Origin: Oscillospiraceae bacterium
GTDB lineage: Bacteria > Bacillota > Clostridia > Oscillospirales > Ruminococcaceae
Assembly (NCBI GenBank): GCA_017847885.1
Contig: JAGAUA010000011.1
Location: 16,770-80,769, forward strand
Length of the DNA: 64,000 bases
Reading direction: 5' to 3'
How positions within the stretch are numbered: the stretch's first letter is position 1; every line of letters starts with the position of its first letter. The position numbers and the translations under genes were made by a program. Below are positions 37,050-46,566 of this stretch, one piece after another. The notes under the pieces were generated by a model. It saw only the letters and a program-made list of their open reading frames with translations. It made no database searches and was not told the origin of the DNA.

Positions 37050-38711
37050 ATGGATCATTTATTCACAAAAGAACAGGACGAGATCACGCTTCAGATATTA
37101 ACTTCTCTTCAAACCGCTTATGAAGCAACCGATATTTTGCTTAATGAAATAAAAAACAATAAAGACTGGTCGCAGTTTGACACGCTGACATCAACGCTAA
37201 ACCAGCTTATTACAGTCATAATGGACGCTTCCGAGCCGTATCACAAGAAATATGACTTTATAACGCTTCCCATTACCTGCCGCTGTATGCTGCATACCTT
37301 GAGTAAAATAATTTCGGCAAGAAGCTCCGATCTGAAAAAATGCTTCGGCAAGCTTGAATTTGAGCTTGTTCCTGCCATTGAAGAGGCTTATCAGCAGTTC
37401 TATTTCTGGACCTGCGTTTATTCCTATCCCGAACGCGAAAAGGAATATTACAATCAAGAAATTTATGAGCTTTCTTCCAACAAATACACCAACGCTTCCG
37501 TAAAAAGCGGTCAATTCAAATATGACCTTTCAATTATGGTTCTGGCGTATAATAAGCTGGAATATACCAAAAAGTGTATAGAACACCTGCTTCCCAATAT
37601 CCCCAAGAATTTGAACTGCGAGCTTATCTTATTCGATAACGGCTCAACCGACGGAACTGCCGAATATTTTGAAAGCTTAAATCCGACAAAACTGTTTCAG
37701 CCTAAAATCAATTGGGGATACGGATTGGCTGTAAACCGAATTATTGAATCGAAATATCTGCTGTATGTGTCAAATGACGTTTTGGTAATGCCCGGCGTTA
37801 TTGAAAATATGCTGGAATGTATAAAATCAGATGACAAAATAGCGCGTATCGTTCCCGCAACAACAAACGTAAGCAACAGACAGGCTGTTATCGAAGGCTT
37901 TAAAAGCTTTGACGACGTTTATGCTTATGCCCGTAAAAACAATGTTCCCGACCCTTTCAGACGGGAAGAAAGAGTCCGCTTGTGTGACCCTATCTCGCTT
38001 ATGGATATGTCGGTGTACGCTTCGGAAAAAGGCATATGCAACTTCGGCTATTATCGGGATAAAGTAATGTCATTCCCCGATGATATGGCGTCATTGATGC
38101 TTAGAAGAAGAGGCTACAAGCAGATACTTCAAAAGGACGCTTTCTGTTATCATTTTGGCTCTATAACGGTAAAAAATGAAATTGACCCTGATTTTTATAC
38201 CCGCGGAAGAAAAATATTCAAAAAAGAATTCGGCGTTGACCCCTGGGGAACAGGCTTTTGCTATGACTCCCCGTTTGAAGAACGGGTCGTAAAGGACGAG
38301 CAGGGTCACGTTGAAGTCCTCGGAATAAACTGCGGTTTCGGCAGCAACTCTCTAAAAATCAAGGAACAGCTCAAAGAGTATTGCAATAATCTTGACTGCA
38401 CACTTTCAAACGTAACCGACGATCCAAGCTTTATTTCCGATTTGAAGGGCATAAGCGATAATGCGCAGCTTGTCACGGATATTAAGTCATTCGAAGAATT
38501 TCTGGATACGCATATGTACAACTATGTGGTTTGGCAGACGCCGTTTATTATTCGAAATGACGCTTCGGCAGTATTCGACCTGCTTCTTTCCCATATCTGC
38601 CCCGGCGGAATTTTATTCGTAAAATCAAATAATTCTTTTTTGGAATATGCAAATAAAAATAACCTTTCTGTATTATCCTTGCCGGAAGAATGGATAAAGC
38701 TGGAGGTTTAA
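37050..38711 (+). CDS. Multidomain family-2 glycosyltransferase (unknown N-terminal ~160 aa, GT2 core, unknown C-terminal ~150 aa)
   Basis: GT2 core LSIMVLAYNKLEYTKKCIEHL...LILFDNGSTDGT. The flanking regions were not recognised. Confidence 0.75.
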   Translation: MDHLFTKEQDEITLQILTSLQTAYEATDILLNEIKNNKDWSQFDTLTSTLNQLITVIMDASEPYHKKYDFITLPITCRCMLHTLSKIISARSSDLKKCFGKLEFELVPAIEEAYQQFYFWTCVYSYPEREKEYYNQEIYELSSNKYTNASVKSGQFKYDLSIMVLAYNKLEYTKKCIEHLLPNIPKNLNCELILFDNGSTDGTAEYFESLNPTKLFQPKINWGYGLAVNRIIESKYLLYVSNDVLVMPGVIENMLECIKSDDKIARIVPATTNVSNRQAVIEGFKSFDDVYAYARKNNVPDPFRREERVRLCDPISLMDMSVYASEKGICNFGYYRDKVMSFPDDMASLMLRRRGYKQILQKDAFCYHFGSITVKNEIDPDFYTRGRKIFKKEFGVDPWGTGFCYDSPFEERVVKDEQGHVEVLGINCGFGSNSLKIKEQLKEYCNNLDCTLSNVTDDPSFISDLKGISDNAQLVTDIKSFEEFLDTHMYNYVVWQTPFIIRNDASAVFDLLLSHICPGGILFVKSNNSFLEYANKNNLSVLSLPEEWIKLEV

Positions 38712-38893
38712 AGCGCTGCGGTATGAAACGGGTCACCGGTATGCAGCATCAAAAAGAACGGAAAAACAAATACATTGCTGCGTATCCGCCCAATGCTCCT
38801 TGTTCCCAATAAGCAAAAATGCCACGGCGCTTACCGTGGCATTAGTTGTATATTCATCTGCCGCAGAAAAATCAATTTTTGGAGGACCGATAA

Positions 38894-40237
38894 ATGAGTA
38901 ATTGGACAAGCGAAGCCGAAGCACGTCAACAGATAAAAGCTATGGTAGCAGAATATTACCATGATTTTATGGAAAAAAAAGACGCATTTAAACCCGGCGA
39001 CCGCATAAGCTATGCTTCACGGGTATTCGATGAAAAGGAAATGTGCAGCCTGACAGATGCCGTTTTGGATTTCTGGCTGACAACAGGCAGGTTTTCCGAC
39101 GAATTTGAACGCAATTTTGCCGAGTGGATAGGCGTGAAATATGCACATCTTGTCAACAGCGGCTCTTCCGCAAACCTTATTGCGTTTTCCGTTCTGACCG
39201 CTCCCGAGCTTGGCGAGCGGCAGATAAAGCGCGGCGATGAGGTCATCACCGTTGCCGGCGGCTTTCCCACTACCGTTACGCCGATACTTCAGTATGGCGC
39301 AATACCCGTATTTGTTGACGTGACTGTTCCACAGTACAACATTGATGTTACAAAGCTTGAAGCCGCTTTGAGCGATAAGACAAAGGCGGTCATGATAGCG
39401 CACACCTTGGGTAATCCCTTTGACCTGTCTGCGGTAAAGGCCTTCTGCGATAAGCATGGTTTATGGCTTGTGGAGGATAACTGCGACGCCCTCGGCACGG
39501 AGTACACCATTGACGGAGTAACCAAATTCACAGGCACATGGGGCGATATCGGAACAAGCAGCTTCTATCCGCCCCACCATATGACAATGGGAGAAGGCGG
39601 CTGCGTTTATACCAATGACCCGATGCTTCATCGCCTTATACTCTCCTACCGCGACTGGGGTCGGGACTGCATCTGCCCGTCGGGACGGGATAATTTTTGC
39701 GGACGCCGTTTTGACGGACAATACGGCGAGCTGCCCCGCGGATACGACCACAAATATGTTTACAGCCATTTCGGATATAACCTCAAAGTTACCGACCTGC
39801 AAGCCGCTGTTGGCGTGGAGCAGCTGAAAAAGTTCCCGTCCTTTATTGAGCGGCGCCGCCATAACTGGGACAGGCTGCGAAATGCGCTGAAATGTGTTCG
39901 GGATAAAATTATCTTGCCCGAGCCTGCGGAAAACAGCAGACCCTCATGGTTCGGCTTTCTCATTTCCGTGAAGCCCGAAACGGGTCTTGACAGAAATAAC
40001 GTTACCCGTTATATTGAGGAGCATAATATCCAAACAAGGCTTTTATTCAGCGGCAATCTTATCAAGCACCCCTGCTTTGACCATATCCGCGGCACCGACG
40101 CATACCGCGTGGTCGGAGAGCTTTCCAACACCGATTTCATCATGAATAACAGCTTTTGGGTGGGTGTGTATCCCGGCATGAGCGATGAGATGATAGATCA
40201 TATGGCAAAGATTATCATAGAAGCTGTGAATAAGTAA
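38894..40237 (+). CDS. rfbH: CDP-6-deoxy-D-xylo-4-hexulose 3-dehydrase (E1, RfbH/DdhC type; DegT fold)
   Basis: 447 aa DegT/DnrJ-like protein. It has SFYPPHHMTMGEGG, with His at the position of the usual PLP lysine. It is adjacent to rfbF and rfbG. Confidence 0.85.
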   Translation: MSNWTSEAEARQQIKAMVAEYYHDFMEKKDAFKPGDRISYASRVFDEKEMCSLTDAVLDFWLTTGRFSDEFERNFAEWIGVKYAHLVNSGSSANLIAFSVLTAPELGERQIKRGDEVITVAGGFPTTVTPILQYGAIPVFVDVTVPQYNIDVTKLEAALSDKTKAVMIAHTLGNPFDLSAVKAFCDKHGLWLVEDNCDALGTEYTIDGVTKFTGTWGDIGTSSFYPPHHMTMGEGGCVYTNDPMLHRLILSYRDWGRDCICPSGRDNFCGRRFDGQYGELPRGYDHKYVYSHFGYNLKVTDLQAAVGVEQLKKFPSFIERRRHNWDRLRNALKCVRDKIILPEPAENSRPSWFGFLISVKPETGLDRNNVTRYIEEHNIQTRLLFSGNLIKHPCFDHIRGTDAYRVVGELSNTDFIMNNSFWVGVYPGMSDEMIDHMAKIIIEAVNK

Positions 40238-40306
40238 ATAATATTATTTTTGCAGTAAAGGACAAAATGGGTGTTGGAAAACTTTTATTGATATACCAAT
40301 AAAAGT

Positions 40307-40335
40307 TTGCAAAAAACAGGGAAATATGTTATAAT
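40307..40335 (+). promoter_or_regulatory. SigA-type promoter immediately upstream of repeat copy 1
   Basis: TTGCAA-17 nt-TATAAT with TGt extended -10. The predicted TSS is near 40342. Confidence 0.6.
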
Positions 40336-40345
40336 AGAGGTATAA

Positions 40346-40484
40346 GTTTGAAAATAAATTTTCAAACCCGAATTTTGTTTTCCTTGCTGCTGCAAGGGAT
40401 TTGCTTAGCCGGCTTTGTCAGTTTCAAACCGCAAAACATCGGAAAGGAGTGCATTTTCCCTTTGGGGAAATGGTCATAAAAATG
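40346..40484 (+). repeat. Repeated ~137-nt leader, copy 1 (5' UTR of first FkbM gene)
   Basis: About 90 percent identical by eye to 46561-46696. The 3' 62 nt have only 3 differences. Confidence 0.9.
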
Positions 40485-41621
40485 ATTGACAATGAATTAT
40501 TAATGTTTTTGCAAACAGTTCCAAATGAAACAGACTTATTTGTAAAACAGCTTAAAGCCGAACAAGATAATAAGAAAATATATTTATATGGCTGCGGTAA
40601 TCACGTCAGATTTGTTGCTGATTATTTAAAATACCATGATATTAAGATAACGGCTATACTGGATACATTTAAAGAAGGCATTTTTTCCGGGATCCCTGTT
40701 ATTCGTTATTCCGATTTTCTTGCTGAAAAACCCGATCCGGAAAAATGTATAATTATTATTTCTGCTCCGGCAAAAGCAAAGGAAATTTCAGATAATCTAA
40801 AGAGATCCGGCAATTGGAACTTTTGGCTGTTTTCTTCAGTATTAGGCATATTTATGAGCGATCTTGACGAATACAGAAACTATCTTGCCCAAAACTGGGA
40901 TGAATTTATTAAATTTTCCAATTCATTGGAAGACGATTTGTCGCGAAAAACTCTTGAGTGTGTTCTAAAAGGCAAGGTCTCGGGAGATCCAAAATATTTT
41001 GCGGAATGTTATGCCCCGAATCAATATTATCCAAATGATATTATTAAATTTTCCGACAATGAAGTTATGGTAGATCTGGGAGCTTATGATGGAGATTCAC
41101 TGTCAGAATTCATTAAAGTTTGTCCCGAATATAGATCTGCTTATTGCTTTGAACCCCAGGAAGAATATTTCAATAAACTAAACACGATTGTCAAGAAACA
41201 GCAAAAATTAGGGAAAAATGTCCATGCAATAATGAAAGGAGCATGGGAGAAAAGCTGCAAACTCCAATTTAGGCAAAATACCGGAATAGGCGGAAGCTTT
41301 TCACAAGATCCTTGTGATGAAAATGCGGAAAATATATGCTTTCTTGATGTAGCATCTGTTGATGAAGAAGTTAAAGAGCCGATCACATATATGAAAATGG
41401 ATATTGAGGGCTCTGAGCTTGCTGCACTTCACGGTGCAAAACGACAGATTTCTGAGAATAAACCTAAGCTGGCAGTCTGTGTATACCACAAAACAGAGGA
41501 TTTTCTTGATATATGGAATTATTTGCGAAGCCTTGTTCCGGAATATAAATTTTATTTGCGTCACCATATGAAAACTGAAGTATCAGAAACAGTATTGTAT
41601 GCCATTACCGATATAAAATAA
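40482..41621 (+). CDS. FkbM-family methyltransferase with NeuD-like N-terminal Rossmann region (paralog 1)
   Basis: 379 aa, colinear with paralog 2. I chose the start by alignment with paralog 2 (MIDNELLMFLQTVPNE vs MLNNELLEFLKSVPNE). The C-terminal half is FkbM-like (VDLGAYDGDS...MDIEGSE). Confidence 0.8.
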   Translation: MIDNELLMFLQTVPNETDLFVKQLKAEQDNKKIYLYGCGNHVRFVADYLKYHDIKITAILDTFKEGIFSGIPVIRYSDFLAEKPDPEKCIIIISAPAKAKEISDNLKRSGNWNFWLFSSVLGIFMSDLDEYRNYLAQNWDEFIKFSNSLEDDLSRKTLECVLKGKVSGDPKYFAECYAPNQYYPNDIIKFSDNEVMVDLGAYDGDSLSEFIKVCPEYRSAYCFEPQEEYFNKLNTIVKKQQKLGKNVHAIMKGAWEKSCKLQFRQNTGIGGSFSQDPCDENAENICFLDVASVDEEVKEPITYMKMDIEGSELAALHGAKRQISENKPKLAVCVYHKTEDFLDIWNYLRSLVPEYKFYLRHHMKTEVSETVLYAITDIK

Positions 41622-41639
41622 AAGAAAAGAGGAATAAAA

Positions 41640-42779
41640 ATGTTAAATAATGAATTATTGGAATTTTTAAAATCAGTTCCAAATGAAACGAAATTATTTG
41701 TAGAAAAGCTTAAAGCTGAACAAGGAGATAAAAAAATATACTTATTCGGCTGCGGCAATCATGTCAGAGTGGTTGTTGACTTTCTAAGACGTCGGAATTT
41801 TGATATAACTGCGATTATAGACACCTTCAAAGAAGGAGAGCTTTCCGGAATCCCTGTTATTCGTTATTCCGATTTCCTCGCTGAAAAACCCGATCCGGAA
41901 AAATGTATAATTATTATTTCTGCTCCGTCAAAAGCAAAGGAAATTACAGATACTTTAAGGAAATCCAATGATTGGAACATTAAAACATTTACAGTTGGAT
42001 TGAACGCCTTTATTGATGATATTGATGAATACAGAAACTATCTCGCCCAAAACTGGAATGAGCTTATTGAATTTGCTGATTCATTGGAAGATGATTTTTC
42101 GCGAAAAACTCTTGAATGTGTTCTAAAAGGCAGGGTCTCGGGAGATCCAAAATACTTTGCGGAATGTTATGCTGCCAATCAATATTATCCAAATGATATT
42201 ATTAAATTTTCCGATAATGAAGTTATGGTGGATCTTGGAGCTTATGATGGAGATTCACTTTCGGAATTCATTAAAGTTTGTCCCGAATATAGATCTGCTT
42301 ATTGCTTTGAACCACAGGAAGAATATTTCAATAAATTAAACGCGATCGTCATGGAACAACAAAAATTAGGGAAAGGCACCCATGCAATAATGAAAGGAGC
42401 ATGGGAGAAAAGCTGCAAGCTGAAATTTATACAAAACATGGGAACCGGCGGAAGCTTTTTACAAGATTCTTGTGATGCAAATGCGGAAAATATATGCTTT
42501 CTTGATGTAGCAGCTGTTGATGAAGAAGTTAAAGAGCCGATCACATATATGAAAATGGATATTGAGGGCTCTGAGCTTGCTGCACTTCATGGTGCAAAAC
42601 ATCAGATTTCTGAGAACAAACCTAAGCTGGCAATTTCCGTATATCATAAAATTGAAGATTTTCTCGACATTTGGAATTATTTGCGCAGTCTTGTTCCTGA
42701 ATATAAGTTTTATCTGCGTCATCATGTGGAGTATGAGATGCCGGATACGGTTTTGTACGCTGTTGCTGATACAAAATAA
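41640..42779 (+). CDS. FkbM-family methyltransferase (paralog 2, tandem duplicate)
   Basis: About 80 percent amino-acid identity to paralog 1 by eye, with long identical nucleotide runs. Confidence 0.85.
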   Translation: MLNNELLEFLKSVPNETKLFVEKLKAEQGDKKIYLFGCGNHVRVVVDFLRRRNFDITAIIDTFKEGELSGIPVIRYSDFLAEKPDPEKCIIIISAPSKAKEITDTLRKSNDWNIKTFTVGLNAFIDDIDEYRNYLAQNWNELIEFADSLEDDFSRKTLECVLKGRVSGDPKYFAECYAANQYYPNDIIKFSDNEVMVDLGAYDGDSLSEFIKVCPEYRSAYCFEPQEEYFNKLNAIVMEQQKLGKGTHAIMKGAWEKSCKLKFIQNMGTGGSFLQDSCDANAENICFLDVAAVDEEVKEPITYMKMDIEGSELAALHGAKHQISENKPKLAISVYHKIEDFLDIWNYLRSLVPEYKFYLRHHVEYEMPDTVLYAVADTK

Positions 42780-42863
42780 AAGAAAGTATTAAGAATATCA
42801 AAAAACGTATTTTACGGTATGTGAGGATTTGGTTAGTTCTTATGCTGATGCAATGACTGCAGA

Positions 42864-43544
42864 ATGGAGATTATTATGCAAATGAGTTTGACAAAGGACG
42901 ATCTGATCAGATATGTTGGGAGACAGTTGGAAATGTTCTTTCCGGATGGAATGAAATTTGATATAAGTCAGCATATCTCGTCATACAATCTTGCACTTGA
43001 ACGGCTGGAGTATTGTCTTGATTCAATTTGTGTCAAAGGATATCATGATGAAAAAGGCAATGTGACATTCTCCCATCTGCACGCTGATCAGTATGCAACG
43101 TTCATATGGTTCTTCAGCAATTCGGTCTGGAGGCTTGAGGAGAATGATTTTTTGAGCAGTAAGCTTCTTCAGCTGAACAGGTTATTGCATCAGATATTTA
43201 TTTCATACAAATGTGATATGCCGGATCACTTTTTTTTAGGGCATCCTATAGGAACTGTTTTAGGTAATGCAAAGTATGGGGATTTCTTAGCAGTTCTTCA
43301 AGGTGTTACCGTAAACACCAATAATGATTTGAAGATAGGAAAAGGTGTTTTCTTGGGAGCAAATTCGAAAATAATCGGAAGCAAACCAATCGGAGACAGA
43401 GCTTCTGTTGCAGTAGGTACACTACTATTTGAAACCTCTGTCCCGGACAATCATGTTGCAATGAATATAGATGGAAAAACCATTATACGCAAAAGGAAAA
43501 GGGAAAAATGTGTGGCTCAGAGATATTTTAACATAGATATTTAA
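42864..43544 (+). CDS. Left-handed beta-helix (hexapeptide) acyltransferase, serine-acetyltransferase-like
   Basis: GHPIGTVLGNAKYGDFLAVLQGVTVNTNNDLKIGKGVFLGANSKIIG. An alternative start at 42876 follows GGAGA. Confidence 0.75.
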   Translation: MEIIMQMSLTKDDLIRYVGRQLEMFFPDGMKFDISQHISSYNLALERLEYCLDSICVKGYHDEKGNVTFSHLHADQYATFIWFFSNSVWRLEENDFLSSKLLQLNRLLHQIFISYKCDMPDHFFLGHPIGTVLGNAKYGDFLAVLQGVTVNTNNDLKIGKGVFLGANSKIIGSKPIGDRASVAVGTLLFETSVPDNHVAMNIDGKTIIRKRKREKCVAQRYFNIDI

Positions 43545-43668
43545 GAGTCTCTTATATAAAGAAACTCAATTTTTAAGTTTTGCGAATTTGTTTATACTTT
43601 ACTGTGTTCACATAGATGTATTTGCACATCTGTTTTATGTGAACAAATTTCAAAAATAGGAGATAAAA

Positions 43669-45471
43669 ATGAAAATACGTGTTGCTGATTATATTGCTCA
43701 ATTTTTTGTTGAAAACGGAATAACTCAATTGTTTTCAGTTGTTGGCGGAGGAGCCATGCATCTGAATAATGCATTTGGTCTGGAAAAAAGGCTCAATGTT
43801 ACATACAACCATCACGAACAGGCATCGGCTATTGCAGCTGAAAGCTACAGCCGTGTGAACAACAAGGTTGCGGCAGTATGCGTTACAAGCGGACCGGGCG
43901 GTACAAATGCCCTTACAGGCGTTCTGTGTGCATGGCAGGATAATCTGCCGATGATCGTCGTTTCGGGACAGGTTCGTTATGATATAACTGTAGACAGCAC
44001 CGGTTTGAATCTGCGTCAGTTCGGTGAGCAGGAATATTATATCATACGCTCTGTTTCACCTATGACCAAGTATGCAGTAATGATAACAGATGCCAAAACA
44101 ATAAAGTATCATCTTTCAAAGGCTCTGCATCTTGCTACTACAGGTCGCCGCGGGCCGGTATGGATAGATGTGCCGCTGAATATACAGGGACAGGAAATTG
44201 ATACTGATGATTTGATAGAATATGTGCCTGAATCAGATTTCGGGGCATATAAAGCTGATATAGATAACATTGTACGTGAGATCTCATCTGCAAACCGTCC
44301 GGTTTTCATTGCCGGTTCCGGACTGCGCACCTCCGGCGCACTTGAAAAGTTCAGAGAACTTGCCGAAAAGCTGAATATACCTGTAGTTTGCCCAACAAGC
44401 ACTGTGGATTACTTTACCCCGTCAGAAAAAAAATACTTTGGAATGTTCGGTACATTCGGCGGCAGAACCGGTAATTTTATAGTTCAAAATGCTGACCTGC
44501 TTATTTCACTTGGTGCAAGATTGTCATTCAAACAGATAGGTTTTAATTTTGAACATTTTTCACCCCAATCACGCAGAATAGTAGTTGATGCAGATGCGGA
44601 AGAACTGAAAAAGCCTACGATCCGTATAGATATTCCAATATGCGCTGATGTTGCAGACGTTGTGTCAGCATTGCTGGAACGTGATATTGAAACAAAGACG
44701 GAAGAAAAAATGCAGTGGATGGAATATTGCAGATTTTTGAAAAACAGGTTTGCTACTTCTGCTGATACTGAAAGAAAATCAATAAGTGCATATCGTTTTT
44801 CAGAGGTGTTTTTTGAAAAGGCAGACGAAAATGCTGTCTGTGTATTGGGAAACAATACCGCGGCGGTTTCTCTTCTCCAGTGCGGAATAAAGAAAAAAGG
44901 ACAAAGAATGTACGGCAATGTAAACTGCGGTACAATGGGATACGACCTGCCGGCTGCTATCGGTGCGGCATTTGCTTCCGGAAAGACTGTGTTCTGTCTT
45001 ACCGGCGAGGGTACTTTGCAGATGAATTTGCAGGAACTTCAGACAGTGGTGCATAACAACCTGCCGGTTAAGATAGTTGTATTTAACAATAATTCCTATC
45101 AGGCAATAGTTGCAACTCAGAAGAACTTTTTCAACGGCGTTTTTTGCGGAGCCACAAATGATTCGGGAATAAGCTTCCCTTCATTCAAAAAGCTTGCTGA
45201 CTGCTATGATTTCCCGTTTAAATCTATAAGCAGGTCTGATGAGCTTGAAGCGGCAGTTGACTGGCTTTTAAATATTGAAGGACGTGCAATTTTAGAGCTT
45301 GTTCAGACTGAGCCTGACCCGATCATGCCTAAGCTTTCAAGTAAAAAGCTTAATGACGGCAGCATTGTGTCACCGCCTATTGATGACCTGTTCCCGTTTT
45401 TATCAGAAGAAGAATATGAAAAGTGCCGATACATAAATTTTGTTAAGGCAAATACAGAAACAGTATTATAA
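43669..45471 (+). CDS. Thiamine-diphosphate enzyme of the acetolactate-synthase superfamily (YerE-like candidate)
   Basis: N-terminal Pyr domain (HEQASAIAAESYSR, TSGPGGTNA) and C-terminal PP domain (GTMGYDLPAAIGAA...GEGTLQMNLQEL...NN). Confidence 0.85.
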   Translation: MKIRVADYIAQFFVENGITQLFSVVGGGAMHLNNAFGLEKRLNVTYNHHEQASAIAAESYSRVNNKVAAVCVTSGPGGTNALTGVLCAWQDNLPMIVVSGQVRYDITVDSTGLNLRQFGEQEYYIIRSVSPMTKYAVMITDAKTIKYHLSKALHLATTGRRGPVWIDVPLNIQGQEIDTDDLIEYVPESDFGAYKADIDNIVREISSANRPVFIAGSGLRTSGALEKFRELAEKLNIPVVCPTSTVDYFTPSEKKYFGMFGTFGGRTGNFIVQNADLLISLGARLSFKQIGFNFEHFSPQSRRIVVDADAEELKKPTIRIDIPICADVADVVSALLERDIETKTEEKMQWMEYCRFLKNRFATSADTERKSISAYRFSEVFFEKADENAVCVLGNNTAAVSLLQCGIKKKGQRMYGNVNCGTMGYDLPAAIGAAFASGKTVFCLTGEGTLQMNLQELQTVVHNNLPVKIVVFNNNSYQAIVATQKNFFNGVFCGATNDSGISFPSFKKLADCYDFPFKSISRSDELEAAVDWLLNIEGRAILELVQTEPDPIMPKLSSKKLNDGSIVSPPIDDLFPFLSEEEYEKCRYINFVKANTETVL

Positions 45472-45570
45472 ACGTAATCTGAATAAGATAAACCATATAG
45501 ATAATTAAAGAAATGATGTGTTGCAGTTTTGAAAACATTTAATATTGAAAATATTGCCGTAGGAAAAGAA

Positions 45571-46566
45571 ATGCTTGTTATCCCGGAAATCGGTATAAAT
45601 CACGGCGGCAGCCTTGAGGTCGCAAAGCTTATGATCGATGCTGCTGCAAATGCAGGTGCAAAAATAGTTAAGCACCAGACCCATATTGTAGATGACGAGA
45701 TGTCCCATGCGGCAAAACACGTAATTCCGGGTAATTCTAAAAAATCAATATATGATGTTATGGAGGAATGTGCGCTTTCAGAAAGCGAAGAGCTTGAGAT
45801 GATGCGCTATGCTGAAAGCAGGGGACTCGTATTCATGAGTACGCCCTTTTCAAGAGCAGCAGCGGACAGACTTGAAAAATTCGGAGTGTCCGCCTATAAA
45901 ATCGGTTCGGGGGAAATGAATAATTATCCGCTTATTGAGCATATTGCTGACTTCGGCAAACCGATGATCGTTTCCACCGGCATGAATGATATCAAATCAA
46001 TCGAAAAAACGGTAAATATACTTGAACGAAAAAATGTGAAATACGCACTTCTGCATACTACCAACATTTACCCCACAAAACCTGAACAGGTAAGACTTGG
46101 AGCAATGCTTGAAATGGCAGAAGCATTTCCCGATGTACCGTTCGGACTTTCAGACCATACGCTTAACAACAATTCATGTATAGCCGCTGCCGCTTTGGGT
46201 GCAACAATATTTGAACGTCATTTTACTGACAGCAAAAGCAGAGAAGGAAATGACATTGTATGCTCTATGGACGGGCATGAGCTTTCAGAGCTTATAAAAG
46301 CAGTCAATGAAGTTAAGCTGATGCGCGGCGGTGAAAAGAGTGCCCTTGCCGATGAACAGGTCACAATAGATTTTGCTTTCGCAACAGTAGTTTCGATCAA
46401 GCCGGTCGCAAAGGGCGACGTGTTCAGCAAAGAAAATATATGGGTAAAAAGACCGGGAACAGGCGAAATTCCGGCTGTGGATTATCCTAAAATACTTGGG
46501 AAAAAAGCAGCCTGCAATATTCCGTCAGATACACATATAACTCTTGATATGGTGGAAGAAGTTTGA
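45571..46566 (+). CDS. neuB: N-acetylneuraminate (nonulosonate) synthase family protein with C-terminal SAF domain
   Basis: [14 protein letters not shown]...KHQTH...KIGSGE. The ORF track offers an upstream TTG at 45529. The ATG at 45571 matches usual NeuB N-termini. Confidence 0.85.
   Translation: MLVIPEIGINHGGSLEVAKLMIDAAANAGAKIVKHQTHIVDDEMSHAAKHVIPGNSKKSIYDVMEECALSESEELEMMRYAESRGLVFMSTPFSRAAADRLEKFGVSAYKIGSGEMNNYPLIEHIADFGKPMIVSTGMNDIKSIEKTVNILERKNVKYALLHTTNIYPTKPEQVRLGAMLEMAEAFPDVPFGLSDHTLNNNSCIAAAALGATIFERHFTDSKSREGNDIVCSMDGHELSELIKAVNEVKLMRGGEKSALADEQVTIDFAFATVVSIKPVAKGDVFSKENIWVKRPGTGEIPAVDYPKILGKKAACNIPSDTHITLDMVEEV

Noticed and set aside
40401-40481. N-terminal extension MLSRLCQFQTAKHRKGVHFPFGEMVIK of the first FkbM ORF, with the matching MHFPFGKMVIK extension of neuC at 46661
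   Set aside because: Paralog 2 and typical NeuC proteins start at the downstream ATG. The extension begins with non-ATG codons lying on or inside the SD. The conservation is explained by the nucleotide repeat.
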